Shown: positions 38,451 through 49,061, counted from the stretch's first letter. The stretch: 58,135 bases of DNA from an uncultured Bacilli bacterium (GCA_944332635.1 CALVKI010000007.1:1-58135), one strand, 5' to 3'. A program made the numbers and translations. The notes: generated from the sequence alone by a model not told the origin.

Positions 38451-39186
38451 ATTCATGGATTAAGGTAAGTGTGGACATAAAAAGTGTCTACATTTTTTGT
38501 TATAATAAAAAATTGATAAAGGAAATGATAGAAATTTACCAAAATTTATAATTTCTAGAGGCTTAATTTTGAAGTGGTTTTTTAGAAAAATTAAGAAATC
38601 AAAATGTTATTAATTAAAAAGAATTTTAGTGTTGGTTGTTTGAATGTTATAGTTAAAATAATAATAGATATGGAATTCATTAAATATGAATTAAAAGTTG
38701 AAGATGAATAATAGAATAATGAAGGAATATCATTAGTTGTTATGTTAAATAATAAGATTATTAAGGAAAAATAATTGTAATTAGTTAAAAATAGGAAGGA
38801 TTTTTTTACTTATATAATTTTAATTATAGATATTTTATGAAATTAAATATAATTTATTGAATAAATACAATATTTTGAATATATAGCGATTGTTTGTGTT
38901 AGTTAGTCAAAATAAAAATAAGAAAAAAATCTATTGAATATATTTAATAATTGAAAATTTTGAAAGAATAATATTCATAATTGTTGTTGATAATTTGTAT
39001 TATAAAAAAGTTAGTTAAAGAAGATAATGTACATATATTTTAACTAAAATGATTATTAAGCTGTTAAAAAAATATATAAAATTACTTGTGTATTAATATT
39101 ATTTAAAACTTTAAGTATTGATTAAAATATAAAAGATAAATTAAGTATATAATTTAACTGTTGTTGAACTATAATTTTTATTTCAA
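38451..39186 (+). mobile_element. Heavily decayed IS remnant, possibly IS30 family
   Basis: About 740 bp without an ORF, lying between the two arms of a split hairpin; faint transposase-like fragments (NKIIKEK, LYN, VVDN, KMI) and an IS30-like end TGTTGAACT…ATTTCA; boundaries approximate. Confidence 0.35.
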
Positions 39187-39231
39187 TAAACTACTACTTT
39201 TTACCAAATTTTGAAAATTTATGGTAATTTC

Positions 39232-39260
39232 TTGATGTCAAAATACTTTTATTATATAAT
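39232..39260 (+). promoter_or_regulatory. SigA-type promoter of lon
   Basis: TTGATG-17-TATAAT. Confidence 0.6.
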
Positions 39261-39296
39261 AGTAAGCAGTATTTAAAATTTGGAGGTGGACTATCT

Positions 39297-41621
39297 ATGA
39301 ATAATAAAAAACTAGCAGTTTTAGTTTTGAATGATGTGGTAGTCTTTCCAAATAATGAAGTAAGAATCGAATATGATGATACTTTTCAAAAAGCTAGTAT
39401 TGATTATACTGACAGTACGGATGATAAATATTTGGTTATTGTAAATCCTATAGATTCGAATTATGTGGAGGATGTTACTTCTTTACCTAGCTATGGTATT
39501 TTAGGGCAGTTAAAATTAAAATTAACTGTTCCAAATGGGAAAACAAGAGTGGTTATTCAAGGTATACGTCGAGTTTCAGTCAGTAATTATTTTTATGATA
39601 ATGGTTTTTATCATGTTGATGTGAAAGAAATTTCTTGTATTTCTACAAGTGATGAAAAAAACTATTTTACTTTGCTTATGAAATCTTTAAATCGTTATAT
39701 TGAAAAAGCACCTTATATGAGTAATGCTGTTGTTAGCCAGTTGGATTCTGCTGATACGCTTGATGAACTTTGTGATCTAGTTGGTTCTTTTTTGCCTGTT
39801 GATTATGCAAAAAAGAAAAAATATGTACTTACTATTTCTCCTATTGAAAGAGCTCATCTTATTATTGAAGATATGAATGAAGAAGTAAAATTTTTAGAGC
39901 TCGAGCGGAAAATAGAAAATGAAGTAGAGCAAGAAATAGAAGAAAGCCAAAAAGAATATTTTCTAAGAGAAAAGCTTCGTGCTATAAAACGTGAATTAGG
40001 AGATATTAATAGTAAGGAAGATGAAGTAGAAAGTTTAAAGAAAAAACTTTCTAAATTAAAATGTAATTATAAAGTAAAAGAAAAAATTAGAAATGAGATT
40101 TCTAGATATGAGGCTAGCAGTAGTCACTCACCTGAAATTGGTATGATTCGAGATTATTTAGATTGGATGTTTCATTTACCTTGGAATATTTACACAAAGG
40201 ATATTAGTGATTTAACTAAGGTAGAATCTGTTTTAAATTCTAGTCATCATGCTTTAGATGAAGTAAAAGCACGTATTTTAGAATATCTTGCTGTTAAACA
40301 AAATACTAATAATTTGCGTAGTCCTATTCTATGTTTAGTTGGTCCTCCTGGAGTTGGTAAGACTTCGCTTGCACTAAGTATTGCATTTAGTCTTGGCAGA
40401 AAAGTGGCAAAAATTAGTGTTGGTGGTATTAATGATGAAGCTGAAATTGTTGGTCATCGTCGTACTTATGTAGGTGCAAATCCGGGTAGAATTATTCAAG
40501 GAATTCGTAAAGCGGGGACTGCTAATCCTGTTTTTATTATTGATGAGATTGATAAGATGACAAAAGATATAAAAGGAGATCCTGCAAGTAGTTTACTTGA
40601 AGTGTTAGATCCTGAACAGAATGATAAATTTTCTGATCATTACATTGAGGAAGAATTTGATTTATCAAAGGTGTTATTTATTGCTACTGCTAATTATATT
40701 GATCAAATTCCTTATGAGCTTCGTGATCGTTTGGAAATTATTGAACTTACTAGTTATACAGAATACGAAAAAGTTGATATTGCTAAAAATCATTTAATTC
40801 CAAGAGCTATGGATGAGCACGGTTTAACGTCTTTACAAATTCAATTGGATGATTCAGCAATCATGGATATGATTCGGTATTATACGAAGGAAGCTGGAGT
40901 TCGTGATTTAGATAGAACTATTGCGACATTATTTAGAAAGGTCGTAAAAAAAATATTATTAGAAAAAGAACAGATATTTTATCATATTACAGCGAAAGAT
41001 TTGGAAAAATTTTTAGGTAAGAGGAAATATAGTTATGAAAAGACTGGGAAAAAGGCAGAAATAGGAGTTGTAAATGGTATGGCATATACTGTTTTTGGTG
41101 GAGATATTTTGCCAATCGAAGTGACTATGTTTCCTGGTAAGGGTGAACTTATTCTTACTGGTTCTTTGGGGGATGTTATGCAGGAATCTTGTCAAATTGC
41201 TTTTAGTTATATAAAAGCTAAAGCCCATGATTTTTTAATTCCTATTAAGATGGTTTCGGAAAATGATATTCATCTTCATTTTCCAGAGGGAGCAGTTAAT
41301 AAGGATGGTCCATCTGCTGGTATTGCTATTACAACAGCTATGATTAGTCTATTTAAAAATCAGGCGATAGCTAATGATATTTCTATGACAGGAGAGATTA
41401 CTTTACGTGGACGAATTCTTCCTATAGGAGGTCTTCGTGAGAAAGTAATAGGATCTCATAGGGCAGGAATTAGAAAAATATTTTTACCTAAGGAAAACAA
41501 AGCTGATTTAGAAGTTATTCCGGAGGAAGTAAAAAAAGATATTAAATTCACTTTTGTAGAAAATTACCTTGATGTTTATAAGCAATTATTTGGAAGTAAT
41601 AAAGAGCATGATGGAAAGTAA
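39297..41621 (+). CDS. lon: ATP-dependent protease La (LonA)
   Basis: GPPGVGKT, GHRRTYVGA, IIDEIDK, KDGPSAG, PIGGLREK. Confidence 0.97.
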   Translation: MNNKKLAVLVLNDVVVFPNNEVRIEYDDTFQKASIDYTDSTDDKYLVIVNPIDSNYVEDVTSLPSYGILGQLKLKLTVPNGKTRVVIQGIRRVSVSNYFYDNGFYHVDVKEISCISTSDEKNYFTLLMKSLNRYIEKAPYMSNAVVSQLDSADTLDELCDLVGSFLPVDYAKKKKYVLTISPIERAHLIIEDMNEEVKFLELERKIENEVEQEIEESQKEYFLREKLRAIKRELGDINSKEDEVESLKKKLSKLKCNYKVKEKIRNEISRYEASSSHSPEIGMIRDYLDWMFHLPWNIYTKDISDLTKVESVLNSSHHALDEVKARILEYLAVKQNTNNLRSPILCLVGPPGVGKTSLALSIAFSLGRKVAKISVGGINDEAEIVGHRRTYVGANPGRIIQGIRKAGTANPVFIIDEIDKMTKDIKGDPASSLLEVLDPEQNDKFSDHYIEEEFDLSKVLFIATANYIDQIPYELRDRLEIIELTSYTEYEKVDIAKNHLIPRAMDEHGLTSLQIQLDDSAIMDMIRYYTKEAGVRDLDRTIATLFRKVVKKILLEKEQIFYHITAKDLEKFLGKRKYSYEKTGKKAEIGVVNGMAYTVFGGDILPIEVTMFPGKGELILTGSLGDVMQESCQIAFSYIKAKAHDFLIPIKMVSENDIHLHFPEGAVNKDGPSAGIAITTAMISLFKNQAIANDISMTGEITLRGRILPIGGLREKVIGSHRAGIRKIFLPKENKADLEVIPEEVKKDIKFTFVENYLDVYKQLFGSNKEHDGK

Positions 41622-42264
41622 AAATAAGAAGATTGTAGATGACTGGGTTTCTAGTTTATATTTAAAAAATTATTTGGCTACATGTTCTGTTCAACAATTA
41701 TGTGAACTTGTTTCTGATTTTAATTTCTTTCAGTCTTTTCTTTATGATTGTAGTGTGTTATTTAGAGAAGAACCAGTATTTTTATTATTAGATGATATTT
41801 TTTTGAAAAAAATCTCTGATGTTGTTAATAGTAATCGCTTTTCCTTTTATGAAAAAGCAATTTCTGAACTTTCTAACGAAGTTATAATAGGGGTTAATGA
41901 TCTGTCTTGTATGTCAGATTACATTAAGCAAAGTAGAATTATTAATTATTTATTATTTCAAGAAGAATATCGTAAAAGACAAATTGATACTATTGATAAG
42001 CTTATTGAAGTTAATATTAATGATTTTGTTGCATTTACAGGAATTAAAGATGGAAAACAATATTTATCTACATTTGATGTCTTGTCCAGTTTGAATTACT
42101 TTACCTATATTTGTCCTGAATGTTTTCAAGATAGTGATTTTTATTCTAATACTCTTTCTTTTTTAGATTCTTGTTGTAAGGTTTCGTTTTATAGAAAGAT
42201 GGGGAAAGATTATCGATATGCAATAAGAACGAAGAAAGCTATTCAAAAAGTAAAAAAGAGTTAA
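41608..42264 (+). CDS. Hypothetical protein
   Basis: Long ORF coupled to lon; no motif recognised. Confidence 0.65.
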   Translation: MMESKNKKIVDDWVSSLYLKNYLATCSVQQLCELVSDFNFFQSFLYDCSVLFREEPVFLLLDDIFLKKISDVVNSNRFSFYEKAISELSNEVIIGVNDLSCMSDYIKQSRIINYLLFQEEYRKRQIDTIDKLIEVNINDFVAFTGIKDGKQYLSTFDVLSSLNYFTYICPECFQDSDFYSNTLSFLDSCCKVSFYRKMGKDYRYAIRTKKAIQKVKKS

Positions 42265-42281
42265 TTATTTGACTCTTTTTT
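42252..42281 (+). terminator. Terminator of the lon operon
   Basis: AAAAAAGAGTTA…TGACTCTTTTTT. Confidence 0.65.
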
Positions 42282-42308
42282 CATATTCATTTTTATTTTT
42301 CATATACT
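42281..42308 (+). promoter_or_regulatory. Putative SigE-type promoter of spoVID-ysxE
   Basis: TCATATT…CATATACT resembles the sigma-E consensus; the Bacillus operon is sigma-E controlled. Confidence 0.45.
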
Positions 42309-42325
42309 CTGGTAGGAGGGATAAA

Positions 42326-43054
42326 ATGCGAAAAGTTATTTCGTTTGATAAAAAATTAGAATTTAAAACTATGATAGGGGAAGTAACTTCAATTTCTTTA
42401 GATCCTGATTTAAAATTTTCTGATGATGGTGATGTATCAGGAGAGTTAATTATATCTGGAAAATATAAGTTGACAGCTGCTTCAAGGTTGGAAGATGATT
42501 TTTTGTTTTCTTTACCTGTAGAGATTGCGTTAAGTGAAAAGTTGGAAGAAGATACTCGTAATGTTTATGTTGATGATTTTCATTATCAAGTAGATGCTGA
42601 TGATGATATTTTGAATTGTCATATTGATTTGGTAATAGAAGGAGTTGAAAAAATTGATGTTAAAGATGAAATGGAAAATGATTTAGAGAATAAGCCAAAA
42701 GAGGAAATAAGTGATATGAGAATTGAGTCTAATTTATTGGATTTATCAAGTAAACAAGAATTAGAGGAACATTTGATGATTGATGATCATTCTTTGGAAA
42801 AAAATGAAGTGAAAACAGAGGTTGTTGAGAGTAGTGAAAAGGTAGAGGAACATGCTGTTGGATCTTTATTCTCTTCATTTAAGGATAGTGATGAGAGTTT
42901 TGCAACTTATTCTGTTTATATTATTCGAGAAAATGATACTATTGATACTATTATGACAAAGTATAATGTTCATCGTGAAGAATTAGAAGATTATAATGAT
43001 TTAGATAATTTGATGATTGGTACAAAAATCATTATTCCAACTCAACATGAATAG
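42326..43054 (+). CDS. spoVID: SpoVID-like spore coat morphogenetic protein (N-terminal SpoVID domain, C-terminal LysM)
   Basis: IGEVTSISLD…GELIISGKY…LPVEI…VDDFHY; acidic linker; YIIRENDTIDTI..KY…L…N LysM; precedes a ysxE-like gene. Confidence 0.75.
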   Translation: MRKVISFDKKLEFKTMIGEVTSISLDPDLKFSDDGDVSGELIISGKYKLTAASRLEDDFLFSLPVEIALSEKLEEDTRNVYVDDFHYQVDADDDILNCHIDLVIEGVEKIDVKDEMENDLENKPKEEISDMRIESNLLDLSSKQELEEHLMIDDHSLEKNEVKTEVVESSEKVEEHAVGSLFSSFKDSDESFATYSVYIIRENDTIDTIMTKYNVHREELEDYNDLDNLMIGTKIIIPTQHE

Positions 43055-43934
43055 CTCATATTTTCATAATTGTTTTTATGTTCGTGGAAAGAAAGTAATA
43101 GAAACTGATGAGGGAAAGTTTTTTATTGTTCCTAAAAGTCGTGATAAGAAAAAAATCTTTCACTATTTAGAAATGAAAAAATTTCCTTTCTTTTTACCTG
43201 TTGAGATAGTAAATAGAAATTCTTATGAAATTTATCGTTATGTTGAAGATGATACTAATATTCATGATAAAGCGATTGATTTAGTTCATATTCTTAGTTT
43301 GCTTCATGTAAAAACAACAACTTATCAAGAAGTTGTTTTAGATAATGTGAAAAAATTATATGAAGATATTTTAAATCAGCTTGATATCTTATTTCAATTT
43401 TATGAAAAGTTAGTAGAAAATATAGAATCTCATATTTATATGTCACCAGATGAATATTTATTTATTCGTAATAGTAGTTTATTTTATCAAAATTTAGAAC
43501 AAAGTAGACATTATTTAGAGTTATGGTATCAAAATAAGAAACAAGCTAGTAAAGAACGTATAGTTTTTTTACATGGAAAACCTTGTTTAGATACTTTTAT
43601 TGATGGTAATAATCCTTACTTTATGGAGTGGGATGATTCTTATCGTGGGTACGTTAGTTATGATTTTTTATATTTTTATAAAAAAAATTCTCTTATATTA
43701 GAAATGCAGTCTTTATTTCAAATTTATCAAAGTAAATATCCTTTTTCTGATGATGAGAAGTATTTATTTTTTTGTCTTATATTGTTAGATCAGAAGATAG
43801 AATTTACTTCTAATTATTATGAAAATACAGTGTTAGTTCAAAATAGGGTTTCTTATGCAATGAAAGTAAAAAAATTTATTTTAGAACAGGATCAGAAAAA
43901 TCAAAAAGCAAATCAAGAAGAATTCAGCGAGTAA
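43047..43934 (+). CDS. ysxE: YsxE/CotS-like spore coat kinase-like protein
   Basis: IETDEGKF, LSLLHVKT, YMSPDEYLF, VFLHGK; synteny with spoVID. Confidence 0.7.
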   Translation: MNSSYFHNCFYVRGKKVIETDEGKFFIVPKSRDKKKIFHYLEMKKFPFFLPVEIVNRNSYEIYRYVEDDTNIHDKAIDLVHILSLLHVKTTTYQEVVLDNVKKLYEDILNQLDILFQFYEKLVENIESHIYMSPDEYLFIRNSSLFYQNLEQSRHYLELWYQNKKQASKERIVFLHGKPCLDTFIDGNNPYFMEWDDSYRGYVSYDFLYFYKKNSLILEMQSLFQIYQSKYPFSDDEKYLFFCLILLDQKIEFTSNYYENTVLVQNRVSYAMKVKKFILEQDQKNQKANQEEFSE

Positions 43935-44093
43935 AATGATAGCATTTAATCTTGTAGTAATAAAAATTAATAGTATTATTTGGTAGAAAACAATAATTAA
44001 AGTTGCTACTATACCTAAAAGATAGAATATGTTATTTCTTCTTTTTTGTTTGCAATAATTGCATCTGCAAAATAGGTTATGTTTTGTTTTCAT
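43881..44093 (-). CDS. Small hypothetical membrane protein with CxCxxC
   Basis: AGGTGA RBS, ATG, two hydrophobic segments; convergent overlap with ysxE. Confidence 0.55.
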   Translation of the reverse strand: MKTKHNLFCRCNYCKQKRRNNIFYLLGIVATLIIVFYQIILLIFITTRLNAIILLAEFFLICFLIFLILF

Positions 44094-44142
44094 AAAATCA
44101 CCTAGTATAATTTATGATTTTATTTTATTTTTGTTATTTTTG

Positions 44143-44171
44143 TTGACATATATAAGTAAATCTATTATAAT
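44143..44171 (+). promoter_or_regulatory. Consensus SigA promoter
   Basis: TTGACA-17-TATAAT. Confidence 0.85.
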
Positions 44172-44176
44172 GTTAT

Positions 44177-44191
44177 TGATAATTATTATCA
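44177..44191. promoter_or_regulatory. Fur box (7-1-7)
   Basis: TGATAAT-T-ATTATCA, an exact match to the Bacillus Fur consensus, at the transcription start of a Fur-family gene. Confidence 0.8.
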
Positions 44192-44204
44192 TTAAAGGTG
44201 AATT

Positions 44205-44594
44205 ATGAATACACGTAATACAAGACAAAAAGAAATAGTATTAAAAACTTTGTGTGAGTTAAAAACTCATCCTACAATTTTAGAACTGTATCAAGCTGTT
44301 TTGCATAAGGATGCTTCTATTGGTCAAGCTACAGTTTATCGAAATGTTTCTAAATTAGTAGAGGAAGGAAAAATTCAGAAGGTGTTAACTAAGGATGGTG
44401 TAACCCACTATGATGGTGATTGTAGAAATCATTCTCATTTTATGTGTAATAGTTGCCATAGATTGTTTGATTTATACGGGGTTAATACTAATAATTTAAT
44501 TAAGGCTGTAAGAAAAAGCTCCTGTTTTATAATATCTAATACTTATGTTCTTTTTGAAGGAATTTGTGAAGAGTGTATGGATAAATGCTATTGA
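44205..44594 (+). CDS. Fur-family transcriptional regulator (PerR-like)
   Basis: RNTRQK, HPT, ATVYRN, HSHFMCNSC, GICEEC; next to rubrerythrin. Confidence 0.9.
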   Translation: MNTRNTRQKEIVLKTLCELKTHPTILELYQAVLHKDASIGQATVYRNVSKLVEEGKIQKVLTKDGVTHYDGDCRNHSHFMCNSCHRLFDLYGVNTNNLIKAVRKSSCFIISNTYVLFEGICEECMDKCY

Positions 44595-44617
44595 TTAATA
44601 ATAATTATGAAGAATCA

Positions 44618-44646
44618 TTGCGATACTTTGTAATTTGTGGTATGCT
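44618..44646 (+). promoter_or_regulatory. SigA-type promoter of rubrerythrin
   Basis: TTGCGA-17-TATGCT with TGn. Confidence 0.6.
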
Positions 44647-44707
44647 ACAGATGGTAAGTGTTAAAGTGTATTCTTTAATATAATTTATATGAAAGAAGGT
44701 ATTTTGA

Positions 44708-45250
44708 ATGGAATTAAAAGGAAGTAAAACTGAACAAAATTTAATGACTGCTTTTGCAGGAGAAAGTCAAGCTAGAAATAAGTATACTTATTATGCTAGT
44801 AAAGCACGTAAAGATGGGTATGAACAATTAGCTGCTATATTTGAAGAGACTGCTAATAATGAAAAAGAGCATGCTAAGCTATGGTTTAAAGAATTACATG
44901 GTGGAGAAATTCCTGATACAGCCACTAATTTAGAAGATGCTGCTGCTGGTGAGAATTATGAGTGGACAGATATGTATAAAAACTTTGCTGAAACAGCAAG
45001 AGAAGAAGGTTTTACGAGACTTGCTATGCTTTTTGAAAAAGTTGGGGAGATTGAGAAAGAGCATGAAGAAAGATATCTAACATTACTTCGTAATATTAAA
45101 GATGATAGAGTATTTAAAAAGGATGGAGACAAGATTTGGGTATGTCGTAATTGTGGTTATGTTTATACTGGAAAAGAAGCTCTTAAAGTTTGTCCTGTAT
45201 GTGCTCATCCACAAAGTTTTATGGAGGTTAAAGCAGATAATTATCAATAA
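44708..45250 (+). CDS. rbr: Rubrerythrin
   Basis: [32 protein letters not shown]…CPVCAHP. Confidence 0.96.
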   Translation: MELKGSKTEQNLMTAFAGESQARNKYTYYASKARKDGYEQLAAIFEETANNEKEHAKLWFKELHGGEIPDTATNLEDAAAGENYEWTDMYKNFAETAREEGFTRLAMLFEKVGEIEKEHEERYLTLLRNIKDDRVFKKDGDKIWVCRNCGYVYTGKEALKVCPVCAHPQSFMEVKADNYQ

Positions 45251-45262
45251 AGAAGGGGCTAA

Positions 45263-45867
45263 AGAACTGCTTTAAAGGAAATCTACACGAAATGGAAAGC
45301 GTGTGGATTTTTTTATATTAAAATTAAGATAAATAGTTGAAAAAAATGACAAAAATTAAGGCAGTTAAAATGGTTTTAATTGATAAGAAATCTAAAAGAA
45401 TTATTTTAGGTAAAAAAATATCAAAATATAGTAAAGAATATTGATATAGATGATATTTATATGTTGATATCATGTAAGTAAAGTTTGAGTGTGATGGAAA
45501 ACAAAAGTTTTTTTCATTAATCAATTATAGTATAAAAATATTAATATTATGTATTGGTAAATTTTTAGATAATGATTTTATAGAAAATAATTTAAATCTA
45601 TTAAATAATTGTGATTAAAAACTAAAAGATATAATGTTAAATATAGAGCGAGGTAAAATGTATAAAAGTGATATGTATAATATAAAAATTGCCAAAATAA
45701 ATATAATTCTAAGTACTTATAATCCTTTAATAGAAATACTCAATGGTTAATTTATCAAATTTTGATATGAGCGATTATCTTAAAAAATTGATGAATTACA
45801 AATTGGGTTAAACAAATTTGTATACTATAATAATGGCAGAATGATTAAAAAACTATCAAGGTAGTCA
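45263..45867 (+). mobile_element. Decayed IS3-family remnant
   Basis: OrfB-like fragments (YVDIM*…KQKFFSLIN, NPLIEILNG, KIDEL…YYNNGRMIKKL); end CAAGGTAGTCA resembles the reverse complement of AGAACTGCTTTA; TAA on both flanks. Confidence 0.55.
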
Positions 45868-45924
45868 TAATTAGAATCTTTTATTTTATGTATAAATTTA
45901 TCAAATCATTTTTAATGTTATTTT

Positions 45925-46218
45925 TTATGGTAATTTGTCTTCTTGGGCTAGATAATATAGATATGAAAATGTGCTAGCAAAGATTATAACACTGTTAATT
46001 AGTCTTCGCTCTTGATTATTTTTAATTGTTTGTTCTGTAATATATATGCATAATAGAGTTGTTATTGTTATTGTCCACCCTAGTTTTTGTAAAGCTTTAT
46101 TTTGATTGGTAATTTTTTTTAGGTTGTTTCCGTAGTTTATAAAACTTATCATTAAAATAAAACTTATTATTATCCATTGTATGAATGTCTGATTGATTAA
46201 TAACTTTTCATTTTTCAT
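45925..46218 (-). CDS. Small hypothetical 3-TM protein
   Basis: 97-aa ORF with three hydrophobic segments; no RBS evident. Confidence 0.55.
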   Translation of the reverse strand: MKNEKLLINQTFIQWIIISFILMISFINYGNNLKKITNQNKALQKLGWTITITTLLCIYITEQTIKNNQERRLINSVIIFASTFSYLYYLAQEDKLP

Positions 46219-46274
46219 ACTATAGTATATGTTTCAAATTGTTTTGTTTATGTTATAATGATGACGGTGATGTT

Positions 46275-48458
46275 ATGAAAAAACATGAACTTTTAGTACC
46301 TGTTGGAGATATGGCCTGTTTAAAACAAGCAATTGCTAATGGTGCAGATGCTGTTTATGGGGCATGTCAAAATTTTGGGGCTAGAAAGTTTGCTAATAAT
46401 TTTACGAATGATGAAATTATTGAAGCTATTAGATTGTGTCATTTATATGATGTTAAGTTTTATGTTACGATGAATACGTTAGTGAAGGATTTTGAAGTTC
46501 CGTATTTTTTGGATCAGATTGAGTTTTTGTATAAGCATGGTGTTGATGCTGTTATTATGCAAGATTTTGGTATGATTTGTTATGTATTAAAACATTATCC
46601 TAATTTAGAAATTCATGCTTCTACACAATGTAATAATTCTTCTTATGAGATTGTGAAGTTATTTTATGATATGGGAGTAAAAAGGGTAGTGTTTTCAAGA
46701 GAATTATCTTTGGAAGAAATAAATGATATTAAAGTACCTGTAGAGAAAGAAGTTTTTGTTCATGGTGCATTATGCATTTGTTATTCTGGTTGTTGTCTTA
46801 TGATCTCTATGATAGGTGGAAGAAGTGGAAATCGTGGAGAATGTGCTGGGTCTTGTAGATTACCTTATCAATTATTTTATGACGAGAAAAAGTTAATTGA
46901 TACTTCTTATTTATTAAGTACTAAAGAATTGAATACTAGCTATCATTTTCAAGAACTTTTGAATAGTGATATTTATAGTTTTAAAATTGAAGGAAGAATG
47001 AAAAGTCCAGAATATGTTGGATTTGTTACTAAAATGTATCGTCATCTTATAGATTCTAATGGTGATATTAATGGGTTAGATTTGGAAACGGAAAAGTTGA
47101 AAACGATTTTTAATCGAGAGTTTACTTTTGGTCATTTATTTCATTGTAGTGTTGAAGAACTTAGAAATGTGGTTAGTCCTAATCATATCGGTCTTCCTAT
47201 AGGTAGAGTAGTTAATGTTGATAATAAAAAGATTCAAATTAGATTAGATAGAGATTTGCATCAAGGGGATGGTATTCGTTTTTTAGAGAGTGGAAAAGGG
47301 TTTATTGTTAATTATTTATATAATAGCAATGGTTTTCTAGTTTCTAAGGTTAATAAAGGTGAAATATGTAGTATTGATAATAAAATTGGATTACAAAAGG
47401 TAGAAAATGTTTCTAAAACTTTAGATTATGTACTTATGCAGGAGATGAAAGAGTTACCTGTAAGGAGTATTCCTATTACATTTTTTGTTAAAGCTCATAG
47501 AGGTGAAGCTTTTACTGTTCAAATCAATGATGGTATTAGAAAAATTACAGTTTCTGGAAGTATTGTACAAGAATCCATTACTTCACCTGTTAGTGATGAA
47601 CGTATTAGGATACAATTGGAAAAGTTAGGAGGAACACCTTTTGTAAGTCAGTCTACTGTTATAGAAATGGATTCTAATGTTTTTATATCACTTCGTGAAA
47701 TTAATGAACTTCGTCGTGAACTAATAAATCAGTTACTAGCATTGAGAATGGCTCCTAGATATAATCCCATTATAAATGCAGTTTCTTTTTCTAAACTTTC
47801 TTTTAATTATGATATAAGTAAAACAGCTTTAGTTTACACTGATGAACAAATGGATATTTGCTTAAAATTGGGTTTTTGTAGAATTTATACACCTAATTTG
47901 TTGTTATTTAAAGAAAACCAGATGCATGATAATGTTTATTATTGTTTACCACGTACATTACTGCAGATTAGTGAAGCGTTTAAATCAAGAAATTTAGTAA
48001 GAGAAATATGTGATGTTTCTAATTGTGGTAGTGTTATTGGAGACTATACGTTAAATATTTTTAACATTTATACGGCTTATTATTTATATCAATTAGGTTT
48101 TTCTAAACTTACTCTTTCTCCAGAACTTTCTAGTTCTGAAATTATGGATTTTGTTGAAAAATTTAAACAAACATTTGGGTGTATGCCTAATATTGAGATT
48201 ATTTGTTATGGATTAGTTGAAGACATGATTATTAAAGGAAATATTTTGAATTTAAAAGAAAATAATTATCATTATTCTTTGAAAGATTTACATCATAGAA
48301 AGTTTCCTATTTATTATAAAGATGGTCGTACAGTTATTTTAAATTATGAAGCTAGAAATTTTGAGGAATATTCACAATTAAAGTCAGTGGCTTCTTTTCG
48401 TTATCAGTTTTTTTTAGAAAGTAAAGATGAAGTTATTAATATTTTAAAAAATAATTAA
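46275..48458 (+). CDS. rlhA: Long U32 peptidase-family protein, RlhA-like (23S rRNA hydroxylation) with DUF3656-like region
   Basis: ELLVPVG, HGALCICYSGCC…RSGNRGECAGSCR, FKIEGRMKSPEYV, QLEKLGGTPF. Confidence 0.75.
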   Translation: MKKHELLVPVGDMACLKQAIANGADAVYGACQNFGARKFANNFTNDEIIEAIRLCHLYDVKFYVTMNTLVKDFEVPYFLDQIEFLYKHGVDAVIMQDFGMICYVLKHYPNLEIHASTQCNNSSYEIVKLFYDMGVKRVVFSRELSLEEINDIKVPVEKEVFVHGALCICYSGCCLMISMIGGRSGNRGECAGSCRLPYQLFYDEKKLIDTSYLLSTKELNTSYHFQELLNSDIYSFKIEGRMKSPEYVGFVTKMYRHLIDSNGDINGLDLETEKLKTIFNREFTFGHLFHCSVEELRNVVSPNHIGLPIGRVVNVDNKKIQIRLDRDLHQGDGIRFLESGKGFIVNYLYNSNGFLVSKVNKGEICSIDNKIGLQKVENVSKTLDYVLMQEMKELPVRSIPITFFVKAHRGEAFTVQINDGIRKITVSGSIVQESITSPVSDERIRIQLEKLGGTPFVSQSTVIEMDSNVFISLREINELRRELINQLLALRMAPRYNPIINAVSFSKLSFNYDISKTALVYTDEQMDICLKLGFCRIYTPNLLLFKENQMHDNVYYCLPRTLLQISEAFKSRNLVREICDVSNCGSVIGDYTLNIFNIYTAYYLYQLGFSKLTLSPELSSSEIMDFVEKFKQTFGCMPNIEIICYGLVEDMIIKGNILNLKENNYHYSLKDLHHRKFPIYYKDGRTVILNYEARNFEEYSQLKSVASFRYQFFLESKDEVINILKNN

Positions 48459-48527
48459 TAATTTATTTTATAGTATTAAAATCTTTCTTTTTATGATAAA
48501 ATAGTTTTAGATAGGAAGTGATAAATA

Positions 48528-49061
48528 GTGGATAAAAAAGAGGATCAAAAAAGGAAAATTCCAACTAAAAATTATATTATTTTATTAGTTTTGTTTATTG
48601 CTATTATTGCACTGGTTTTATATTTATGTAATTTATATCATATTTATGATGCGCATCAGAGAGAAGTTCCTGTAATTCGTGATACTCTTTTTGAAATTCA
48701 ACCAGAAGAAATAGAACATTATGTCATGGAAAATCCTACTACGGTTTTTTATATGTGTACAGCAGCAGATGAAACATGTAGAAATTATGAGAAGGATTTG
48801 AAAAAATTAGTTCAAAAAGAGGAATTGCAAAGTGCTATTATTTATATTAATTTAAGTAATGTTGATTCAGATGAATTTGTAAGTACTTTTAATACCAAGT
48901 ATCCATATAAAATATCTTTAAAAAAGAATTATCCAGCATTTGTTGTTTTTCAAGAAGGAAAAATTATCAGCATTTTACAAGCGGATAAAAATAGTAAGCT
49001 TACAATTTCTGATACAGCACAATTTATAAAATTAAATAAAATTCAAAAAGAGGGAGAGTAA
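48528..49061 (+). CDS. Membrane-anchored thioredoxin-like-fold protein
   Basis: N-terminal TM; FYMCTAADETC, IIYIN, YPAFVVFQEGK. Confidence 0.55.
   Translation: MDKKEDQKRKIPTKNYIILLVLFIAIIALVLYLCNLYHIYDAHQREVPVIRDTLFEIQPEEIEHYVMENPTTVFYMCTAADETCRNYEKDLKKLVQKEELQSAIIYINLSNVDSDEFVSTFNTKYPYKISLKKNYPAFVVFQEGKIISILQADKNSKLTISDTAQFIKLNKIQKEGE

Noticed and set aside
39201-39227. TTACCA…TGGTAA inverted repeat upstream of lon as a CtsR/HrcA site
   Set aside because: It matches neither the CtsR direct repeat nor CIRCE, and it occurs once in AT-rich DNA
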